DNA from: a virus
Length of the DNA stretch: 60,638 nt
Strand: one strand, 5' to 3'
Virus record (IMG/VR): IMGVR_UViG_3300045988_153078
A program made the position numbers and the translations under genes. Shown piece by piece: positions 48,477 through 55,249 of the stretch (its first letter is position 1; each line of letters opens with the position of its first letter). The notes under the pieces were generated by a model. The model saw nothing but the letters and a program-made list of their open reading frames with translations. It did not search any database and was not told the DNA's origin.

Positions 48477-48621
48477 AATATTAAAAGCGATATTGTCCGG
48501 AAAATCCAAATCAGAAGTGATAGATCTATTATCGGATGAAGACAAAGCGATGTTGGATATGACCTCTAAAATGGTTGGGATGACCAGGCAGCAGAGGAGA
48601 AAATTAATGCGAAAGAAATGA
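48469..48621 (+). CDS. Small hypothetical protein (50 aa)
   Basis: Hand-translated MNKILKAILSGKSKSEVIDLLSDEDKAMLDMTSKMVGMTRQQRRKLMRKK; overlaps the upstream stop. Confidence 0.35.
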   Translation: MNKILKAILSGKSKSEVIDLLSDEDKAMLDMTSKMVGMTRQQRRKLMRKK

Positions 48622-49023
48622 AGAAGGATAAAGTAGACATCTTGATAGACATCGTCGATTCTGATATTCCGTATTGCGCTTTCTGTGCGATATTGGCGCG
48701 GGTATATTGGATGTTGTGAAAATGTTCTATTTTTCATGTGGTGAAATTATAACCCCCGTGATTTTTCTGATTAATTACTTGTTTTTAGTTCTGTTTTTCA
48801 TCTTATGAGATAAAATAGGCCTTTTTTGATTATTCTCAATGTATATTTGACATTTCTGAAATTATTTATATTTTTGTAATGGCGATACAGTTTGAGGAAA
48901 CGCATGAAAATATTAAGTATTTCCATAGAGTTGGGAATATGTAAACAGTGCCGAAAGATCCTCAAGCGTTCGGTGCTGTTTTTTTATATTCCCATGTGTG
49001 AAGGGGCACATTACGAAAATTGT

Positions 49024-49728
49024 ATGAATGATATTCAGATTTTCAAAAATGAACAATTTGGCGAAGTCCGGATTGTAATGAACGAGAGTAATGAACCTTT
49101 GTTTTGTGCAAAGGATGTAGCGACTGCATTGGGCTATTCTGATACAGCTGATGCAATACAAAGGCATTGCAAATCAGGCAAAAAGGTGTTTTACCCACAT
49201 GGCAATGGAATTGGTGGTACTAATATGGTATATATTCCAGAAAAGGATGTATATCGGCTTATAATGAGAAGTAACCTCCCTAATGCTGAACAGTTTCAAG
49301 ACTGGGTGTGTGATGAGGTATTACCTTCAATACGTAAACATGGTATCTTTGCGACCTCTGACTTTATAGAAGAGGCCCTAAATAATCCTGATGCCATGAT
49401 AGCGGCTCTCACGAAATTGAAACAAGAACGGTCAGCACGCATTGAAGCAGAGAAGCAGGTAGCTGTTCTTACTCATGTAAATAAAACCTATACATGTACG
49501 GAAGTTGCCAAAGAATTGGGACTTAAATCGGCAATTGAACTTAACAACCGTTTAAAAGAACTTGGCGTACAATATAAAGTTAATCAGACGTGGGTACCAT
49601 ACACCAAATACTCTACACTTGGCTGGTTTGATATAAAGCAAGAGGTTGCTGACAATGGCCATATTATCTACCATAGAAAGATTACCGGAATAGGGAGACA
49701 AGGTATCATCAATCTTATTAATCCTTAG
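49024..49728 (+). CDS. Antirepressor (Bro-N domain plus KilAC/ANT C-terminal domain)
   Basis: IQIFKNEQFGEVRIV..EPLFCAKDVATALGY (Bro-N); TCTEVAKELGLKSAIELNNRLKELGV (KilAC). Start set to ATG 49024 rather than the tracked non-ATG start at 48892. Confidence 0.75.
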   Translation: MNDIQIFKNEQFGEVRIVMNESNEPLFCAKDVATALGYSDTADAIQRHCKSGKKVFYPHGNGIGGTNMVYIPEKDVYRLIMRSNLPNAEQFQDWVCDEVLPSIRKHGIFATSDFIEEALNNPDAMIAALTKLKQERSARIEAEKQVAVLTHVNKTYTCTEVAKELGLKSAIELNNRLKELGVQYKVNQTWVPYTKYSTLGWFDIKQEVADNGHIIYHRKITGIGRQGIINLINP

Positions 49729-49745
49729 TTCTTCAAAATATTGGC

Positions 49746-49780
49746 AGCTGTTGATACACTGTTTCAACAGCTTGTTTTTT
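49746..49780 (+). terminator. Rho-independent terminator
   Basis: agctgttga (49746-54) pairs with tcaacagct (49764-72), followed by tgtttttt. Confidence 0.75.
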
Positions 49781-50000
49781 CTTTGTTTGTAAGTGTTTGT
49801 ATAATAGAGTGCTATTGTTAATTGTCTTACTCCCAAACAGGGAGAAGCGTTAATAGTTCGGATTTCTTCGGGTTCACAAAAAAGATAGTCTGTTTTAACT
49901 ATGTTTCTGTTCTGTTATGTATTGACTATCAGTGCTTTATTGTGTAAATGGCTTTAAGGGAAGTGATTTTCCGCTTTTTCTTTTCAATCGTTATACTTGC

Positions 50001-50030
50001 TACTTTTGATTTAAAACGCTACTTTTGTTT
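50001..50030. repeat. Left copy of the 30-bp inverted repeat flanking the integrase gene; holds two ACTTTTGNTT direct sub-repeats
   Basis: 50011-50030 is the exact reverse complement of 51453-51472. Extended to 30 bp, 28 of 30 positions match. Confidence 0.85.
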
Positions 50031-50074
50031 GCAGTTGTTTCAACATTGTTTCAACATAACTAAAATCATATACT

Positions 50075-51406
50075 ATGGCAACAACATTCAGAATAGAGGC
50101 GTGCTCTTCCAGAAAGAGGCAAGATGGGACATATAATGTGAAGATACGGGTGACTCACAATAGAAAGATAAAAAGGATAGCAACATCAATCTATGTGAAG
50201 AAGGAAGATATGACGAGAGGGATGAAAATAAAAAATCAATCAATCCTTGACGAGCTTAACAAGATTATAGATTCATATCGTTCCAAATGCAATATACTAT
50301 CTTTGTCTATCAATTCCATGTCAATTGAAGAGGTTGTAGAATTTGTAACCAGAGTAGAGGAGGATAAAAAAGACATTGATTTTATACAGTTTGCCCGGGA
50401 GCATATTGAAAAAATGGATGCAGAAGGAAGAAAGGGTACCTCTTCTAATTACAAATGTACTATTAAAGCAATGATAGAATTTACCGGAAGGGAAGTAATC
50501 GGTGTGTCTGAGATAACTTATAAATTCTTAAATGACTTTTCTAAATTTATAATAGAAAAAAAAGAGAAAGCCAACAAAGAAGCTATTGCAAAGGGAAGGA
50601 GAGTAACATCAAATTGCATGTTATGCAAGTATACGTCTTGCATTAGGCATCTATATAATCAAGCAAAACTAAAATATAATGATGAAGAACGTGGAGTGAT
50701 AAGAATCCCATGGGCCCCATTTGCTAAATTTAAAGTACCACGGGAGGAGGTGGCGAGAAAGAGGGCGATACCACCTTTTATAATTAAAATGATAGCAGAT
50801 CTGCCATATAAATACAGAAGTAATATGAGAAAAAGCATAGAACAGAATTGCCGGTATAATTTAGCAAAGGACTGTTTCATATTATCTTTCTGTTTGATAG
50901 GAATGAACTCTGTCGATTTATATAATTGTGATGAATTGAAAGACAATATGATAAAGTACTTTCGTACAAAAACAGCTACAAGAAGGGATGACAAAGCAGA
51001 GATTCATGTAAAGGTAACCCCATTCATAAAAAATCTGATGGAAAAATATGAAGATAAGACAAAGCAGAAAGTTTTTCGGTTTAGCAGAATGTATGTAAAT
51101 CACACCTATTTTAATTCTGCTATAAACCAAGGCCTTAAGGAAATAGAGAAGGATATCAATGCGGAACTGAAACGAATGGGGAAAGATATAGTGATAGATG
51201 ATCTTGAGTTTTATGCTGCCCGTCATTCATGGGCAACTATAGCACGCAATGATTTGAAAATTGATAAGTATGTAGTACATGAAGCTCTAAACCATGTAGA
51301 TAGCAAAATGAAAATCACTGATATTTATATTGAGAAAGATTTCACTATGATTAATGAAGCTAACCGGAAGGTAATCGATTATGTTTTCAATAATCAAATG
51401 ACGTAA
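50075..51406 (+). CDS. int: Tyrosine recombinase / phage integrase
   Basis: C-terminal catalytic region FYAARHSWATIARND...HEALNH...ITDIYIE (R, HxxR, H, Y); a Bacteroides-type long N-terminal arm/SAM-like region. Confidence 0.9.
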   Translation: MATTFRIEACSSRKRQDGTYNVKIRVTHNRKIKRIATSIYVKKEDMTRGMKIKNQSILDELNKIIDSYRSKCNILSLSINSMSIEEVVEFVTRVEEDKKDIDFIQFAREHIEKMDAEGRKGTSSNYKCTIKAMIEFTGREVIGVSEITYKFLNDFSKFIIEKKEKANKEAIAKGRRVTSNCMLCKYTSCIRHLYNQAKLKYNDEERGVIRIPWAPFAKFKVPREEVARKRAIPPFIIKMIADLPYKYRSNMRKSIEQNCRYNLAKDCFILSFCLIGMNSVDLYNCDELKDNMIKYFRTKTATRRDDKAEIHVKVTPFIKNLMEKYEDKTKQKVFRFSRMYVNHTYFNSAINQGLKEIEKDINAELKRMGKDIVIDDLEFYAARHSWATIARNDLKIDKYVVHEALNHVDSKMKITDIYIEKDFTMINEANRKVIDYVFNNQMT

Positions 51407-51452
51407 ATGTTGTTAAATTATTAGTTTTATTGGTTAAATAACTGTTATTAAA

Positions 51453-51482
51453 AAACAAAAGTAGCGTTTTAAAACAAAAGTT
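51453..51482. repeat. Right copy of the 30-bp inverted repeat flanking the integrase gene
   Basis: aaacaaaagtagcgttttaaaacaaaagtt. A further direct copy of acttttgttt lies at 51549-51558. Confidence 0.85.
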
Positions 51483-51600
51483 TGAGAAAGCTATTCATGA
51501 ATTAGCGAAAGAACTATGTACAGTTCAGTTTTGATTAAAATATCAATGACTTTTGTTTGACGACATTTTCTGTACATGTCATCGGAAGATGATTATTGCG

Positions 51601-51633
51601 AGCCCGGGATGATATTTCCGGGCTTTCTTTATT
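51601..51633 (+). terminator. Rho-independent terminator downstream of int
   Basis: agcccgg (51601-07) pairs with ccgggct (51618-24), followed by ttctttatt. Confidence 0.6.
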
Positions 51634-51783
51634 ATATTAGGTCAAGACCAGGATGATGACTGAAGCGCGATAACAAAAGGCATATAAGCTCCTGAGAAAA
51701 AGAATGTGCATGAAATAATAAAGCAGGGCTAATTACAGTCCGGCTTTTCTGACACTATATAGTACAATCAACGTTCTCAATTC

Positions 51784-51948
51784 TTATTTATTCTTTTCTA
51801 TTTTCATTGGAATAATTCGTTTGCTGCCGAATCTTTCATTTAATGTAGGATGAACTTGTTCTTTTAATTCGTTCAGTTCTTTACGTAGCTTAAAATACTC
51901 GTCTGTTAGGGTAATCAGACGCTTTAATAATAATTCATACATCTCCAT
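51784..51948 (-). CDS. Small coiled-coil protein (54 aa), paralog of 16485-16673
   Basis: Hand-translated MEMYELLLKRLITLTDEYFKLRKELNELKEQVHPTLNERFGSKRIIPMKIEKNK; below the ORF-track size cutoff. Confidence 0.55.
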   Translation of the reverse strand: MEMYELLLKRLITLTDEYFKLRKELNELKEQVHPTLNERFGSKRIIPMKIEKNK

Positions 51949-52123
51949 AGCTTAAGGATTTTAATTTGTTATTTATATCTTGAGAATCGTTTTATATAAA
52001 CACTTTCGAAAAATGAAAGTTTGAGGAGGAATGTATGTTTCTCAGCATAAAAAGTGTAATTTATTTTTAGAGAGTTTCAGATAAAGATATAATTTGTTTT
52101 GTTTTTGAATAAATATGATGAAA

Positions 52124-52531
52124 TTATACGGCTTCTCTCGTGGATGCTTCTGCTTTGAGGCGTGCATTCTCTAATTGAAGAGCTCTGATTTCTTTGTCTC
52201 TTTGAGATAGTAATTCTTCTGTTTGACGGGTGTATTCTTCCAGCAGCTTTTCGTAAGTGGTTTTATTGGTGATGCGGTTAGATTCAGGTAACTCCTCAGT
52301 AGAAATAAATATGCTACCTCGGCCGGTAATGATATAGTTAGCATTTACATTAGTATAATGAGAGCAAAATGCGCTGATTATATTAAGAGATGCTCCTGAA
52401 ACTCCTCTTCGGATTTGAGATATTCTTTCTTTGGTAATTCCTTTAACGTTATTCCAAATAGAATAATCTGATATTCCCATTACATTTATTATTTCTAAAA
52501 ATCTTTCAGAATATTCATTGTATGCATTCAT
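52124..52531 (-). CDS. CI-like phage repressor (HTH) with a coiled-coil C-terminus
   Basis: FLEIINVMGISDYSIWNNVKGITKERISQIRRG...NANYIITGRGSIF resembles the phage CI repressor HTH family. An operator-bearing divergent region lies upstream. Confidence 0.65.
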   Translation of the reverse strand: MNAYNEYSERFLEIINVMGISDYSIWNNVKGITKERISQIRRGVSGASLNIISAFCSHYTNVNANYIITGRGSIFISTEELPESNRITNKTTYEKLLEEYTRQTEELLSQRDKEIRALQLENARLKAEASTREAV

Positions 52532-52547
52532 ATTAAATAATTTTTGA

Positions 52548-52572
52548 GGTGAATAAAAATATCACTATATTT
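52548..52572 (+). promoter_or_regulatory. Operator/promoter unit, copy 1
   Basis: The element reads gtgaataaaaatatcactat fused to a TAtaTTTG -7 box. It matches 53104-53123 at 19 of 20 positions and lies 17 nt from the CI-like gene start. Confidence 0.65.
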
Positions 52573-52592
52573 GTATTATAAAACTATAATCC

Positions 52593-52685
52593 CATGAAAA
52601 AGGAAAATGAGAATTTTATAAAACTTAACTATCTGTTTTTGATGTTTGGATTCATCTTAGAAAAAATATCAAGTATTTTTTCTAA
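52593..52685 (+). CDS. Very small hydrophobic ORF (30 aa) downstream of operator/promoter copy 1
   Basis: Hand-translated MKKENENFIKLNYLFLMFGFILEKISSIFF; convergent with 52682-53032. Confidence 0.2.
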
Positions 52686-53032
52686 GTGAATTTGCCTATT
52701 AGGTAGCCTATTACTGTGAAAATTGGAGGAATTATAAATTTATTGTATTCTTTCCACCATTTCCTGTAATATTCCCATACATATCCTCCTGAAGAAATAA
52801 ATTCCGCACCTTTAGCTAATAGGTAGACCTCTATTTCGTCATCCTCAGGGCATACAGGTCCTCTGATATATCGATCTGCTATCATTTCCTTAATTAATCC
52901 TATTTTAGTATACCATTCCAATTTAGATAAATTGCCTCTTTTTATTTTGGTATACTCTAAATTGATTTCTTTTAATATTTTATCTTTCTCTCTACTTTTG
53001 TGATAGAGATGCAATATTCTAGAATTCCACAT
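52682..53032 (-). CDS. C-terminally membrane-anchored protein in the lysogeny module
   Basis: 116 aa; C-terminal FIIPPIFTVIGYLIGKFT. Confidence 0.5.
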   Translation of the reverse strand: MWNSRILHLYHKSREKDKILKEINLEYTKIKRGNLSKLEWYTKIGLIKEMIADRYIRGPVCPEDDEIEVYLLAKGAEFISSGGYVWEYYRKWWKEYNKFIIPPIFTVIGYLIGKFT

Positions 53033-53070
53033 ATAAAGATGTATCGTTAGCTATAATTGTTAAAAAATCA

Positions 53071-53128
53071 TATAGTGATAGTTTTATTCACTTTAAATCT
53101 TGTAGTGAATAAAACTATCACTATCTTT
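53071..53128. promoter_or_regulatory. Perfect 20-bp inverted repeat operator overlapping the rightward early promoter
   Basis: atagtgatagttttattcac (53071-90) and gtgaataaaactatcactat (53104-23), separated by a 13-nt spacer. TAtcTTTG box at 53121-28. Confidence 0.7.
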
Positions 53129-53134
53129 GCATCA

Positions 53135-53692
53135 TCAAAATCAGTATCTCAGTACCGATTTCCAAATATACAAAAGAAATTTGAAAAATCAATTCTGGGG
53201 GACAAGTCTTAAAGGAACTTGGTAGATTTTGATAGCGCTCTTGCATCAGTTTACAGCTTCTCCTTTTTTAGTGAGCGGAACTCTACATTCCGGATGCAGA
53301 CATGTTGGACATCTCCGTGTGAAGATGCACGGTACCGTACAATGGGGCAATCATGCAACTGCCCGAGGGGAAACAGTACGATGGAGTACCCGGCATGATA
53401 ATCGTGAGCGTAATGCGCTGCTTGTAGGTAATGGGAAGCCTTTCACGATGAAAAATAATAATCAGCACAGATTTATGAACTAATGTAAAGCGTCCGATAC
53501 AGTCCTATATGAATCGGTATAAAGTATGTAGTGTTGGGGGCGGCTACACACGCTTAACAAGATATACGAGATCGCCTCGCGTCAGTAGGCGGATTTCCTT
53601 CCCGTAAAATTCGGGCGAAGAAACGTATTGTTGCGTTGAAGGAAACAATTTAAATAGATGGTTATTCGGAAATTCCGAACAACCACCACCAA
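53135..53692 (+). ncRNA. Candidate large structured ncRNA (boundaries approximate)
   Basis: No credible ORF between 53033 and 53918. GC is locally elevated (31 of 60 in 53281-53340 by hand count). Helices include 53401-07 with 53443-49 (closing a three-way junction), hairpin 53660-53684 (9 bp plus 1 mismatch) and hairpin 53598-53620. Confidence 0.4.
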
Positions 53693-53881
53693 GGGATAAA
53701 ATGGTCATAGGGAGCTAAGACTAAATGAACGGAAGTTCCAAGTGTACATAAGAATGGATGTCATCAAGACCGGTGCTGTTAGTAACAGGTTGAGTAGTTT
53801 AAGAATCGTAGGATAACCAATATACGGACGAAAGCGAGAAAGCAGACGATACTTGTGCAGGTTCGAATCCTGCTTATCCCT
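53693..53881 (+). ncRNA. tRNA-like element 2
   Basis: The acceptor gggataa (53693-99) pairs with ttatccc (53874-80). The D-arm-like hairpin is 53703-22, with a GGG loop. A GNRA hairpin gaac-ggaa-gttc occupies 53727-38. The T-arm is canonical: gcagg-ttcgaat-cctgc (53857-73). Confidence 0.45.
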
Positions 53882-53918
53882 CAACCCTTATAGTAATTTA
53901 AAATCATATATAATAACT

Positions 53919-54131
53919 ATGAATAAAATAAGTAAAGCAGCGCTATGCGTGTCGGCAATAATAGTATTATTGGGATATGCCGGAAGTTTTGAATATGCGG
54001 AAGAGATAGTGTACTCTCTTACTGAAAAGCAATATGAAGCGATAAAGAATGATTTAGGAGGCAAAGCAAGTGATAAGCAAATAGCAATGAAATATCAAGA
54101 AAATAAAGAATATTATGACTCGATTAAGTAA
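53919..54131 (+). CDS. Small protein with an N-terminal signal/TM segment (70 aa)
   Basis: MNKISKAALCVSAIIVLLGYAGS... Start moved to ATG 53919, because the tracked start at 53853 would overlap the tRNA-like T-arm. Confidence 0.45.
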   Translation: MNKISKAALCVSAIIVLLGYAGSFEYAEEIVYSLTEKQYEAIKNDLGGKASDKQIAMKYQENKEYYDSIK

Positions 54132-54360
54132 TAAGGAGAAAATTAATAATACAGAAATGATACCTTCAAAAGACAAACCGATCAGTAAAACGATCAATAA
54201 CATGAAAGTTGGGGATGTAGAAAAGTTCCATATCTCTAAGAGCCGATCTGTTAAGAACAGAGTCTATGACTATAATATTGAGCACATTGAAGAGGGCTTC
54301 TTGTGTAAAACGTGTGTCGAAAGGGACAAATTTATTATATGTGTGAAAAGAGAAAAGTAA
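54115..54360 (+). CDS. Hypothetical protein
   Basis: 81-aa ORF. Confidence 0.45.
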   Translation: MTRLSNKEKINNTEMIPSKDKPISKTINNMKVGDVEKFHISKSRSVKNRVYDYNIEHIEEGFLCKTCVERDKFIICVKREK

Positions 54361-54460
54361 ATATACGCCAAGTTCCTTTAAGACTTTGCGTGTTAAGTAG
54401 CCTGTGAAGGTGAACATTGTGAATTTCGTTTTTAACTCGATGTCAGTTTTGCGGCTGACA

Positions 54461-54526
54461 GGGCGGTAAGTATTCTAGGTGAAACGCTGCATATCAGAAA
54501 GACAGGTTCGAATCCTGTACCGTCCA
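54461..54526 (+). ncRNA. tRNA-like element 3: 66 nt with a truncated anticodon arm, G3:U70 and A73
   Basis: The acceptor gggcggt pairs with accgtcc, with g54463 opposite t54523. The D-arm places GG at canonical positions 18-19. The anticodon arm is only 3 bp with a 5-nt loop (54487-97). The T-arm is acagg-ttcgaat-cctgt. Confidence 0.5.
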
Positions 54527-54578
54527 CACTCGCGAGGGTAGTTTATTTATTTAGAATTTTAGATTTAGATTATCAAGT

Positions 54579-54607
54579 CCTGCATCAGGCGTGATGCAGG
54601 CATTTTT
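54579..54607 (+). terminator. Rho-independent terminator
   Basis: cctgcatca-ggcg-tgatgcagg (9-bp stem), followed by cattttt. Confidence 0.8.
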
Positions 54608-54642
54608 CTTACCATGATGTTTAATTTTTATATAATATACCA

Positions 54643-54942
54643 ATGAAAGTGACGCTGGATTTATACCAATTGAAGAATATAATATCTGATATGGTGCAAG
54701 TAGGGTATATGAATGCGGTGAAATGCTATGAACCGACAAAAGATAGCATCAGTAGGAGAGAAGTGGCCAGATGGTTTGTCAATATGAATTTGGATACCGA
54801 GCTTATACGGCAAATGGAGGATGTGGGGTTGATCAAGGGTAAACGAAAAGGTTCCGGCCGAAATTCTCCTATCTATTATTCGAAAGCGGAAATAAAGCAA
54901 GCTTTATGTACAATACAAATGAATAAGTATATTAACGTATAG
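54643..54942 (+). CDS. HTH protein, possible excisionase/early regulator
   Basis: SISRREVARWFVNMNLDTELIRQMEDVGLIKGKR...IYYSKAEIKQAL resembles excisionase-type HTH proteins. Confidence 0.35.
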   Translation: MKVTLDLYQLKNIISDMVQVGYMNAVKCYEPTKDSISRREVARWFVNMNLDTELIRQMEDVGLIKGKRKGSGRNSPIYYSKAEIKQALCTIQMNKYINV

Positions 54943-54947
54943 ATATT

Positions 54948-55193
54948 ATGACACAATTTGAATTAGAACAGGGCTTAAATGCTCTTCGTAAAGACCTATT
55001 TGCAGCCGATAGCATGGATGAAGCAACAGCCTGTAGAGTTTACAACGTAGATTGTAAGGCTGATATTATCGAGGTGATAAAAGAAGAAATTGCGACTTAT
55101 GAAACCATCCTTTCAAGGTCTGTTGTGGTTGAAGACAGTGGTATGGATTATGATGCTCTTTGTGAAGTTCAAGGATTGAGCCGATACGCATAA
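54948..55193 (+). CDS. Hypothetical protein
   Basis: 81-aa ORF. Confidence 0.5.
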   Translation: MTQFELEQGLNALRKDLFAADSMDEATACRVYNVDCKADIIEVIKEEIATYETILSRSVVVEDSGMDYDALCEVQGLSRYA

Positions 55194-55249
55194 TACTACT
55201 CTTATAAAAGGATGAAAACAATTATAATTATCTTTTAATTCATATAGTT

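Noticed and set aside
48342-48737. 131-aa minus-strand ORF
   Set aside because: It overlaps the 3' end of 48033-48476 and the plus-strand 50-aa ORF. It is opposite to the local gene orientation and has no recognisable motif.
48892-49023. N-terminal extension of the Bro-N antirepressor ORF
   Set aside because: The tracked start is non-ATG, and the extension (MRKRMKILSISIELGICKQC...) precedes the canonical Bro-N start MNDIQIFKNEQFG at ATG 49024.
53229-53483. 84-aa plus-strand ORF and the overlapping 61-aa minus-strand ORF (53283-53468)
   Set aside because: The 84-aa ORF has a non-ATG start. The composition is H/R/G/T-rich and unlike all neighbouring proteins. The two ORFs overlap each other in a hairpin-rich, GC-elevated region. 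They are better explained as non-coding.
53197-53881. A one-piece tmRNA spanning the GGGGGA at 53197 to the T-arm/acceptor at 53857-53881
   Set aside because: The 5' ggggga does not pair with the 3' ttatccc strand, and the real 7-mer partner is at 53693. There is no G3:U70 in that helix, and I could not find a tag-peptide-like mini-ORF ending in a stop.
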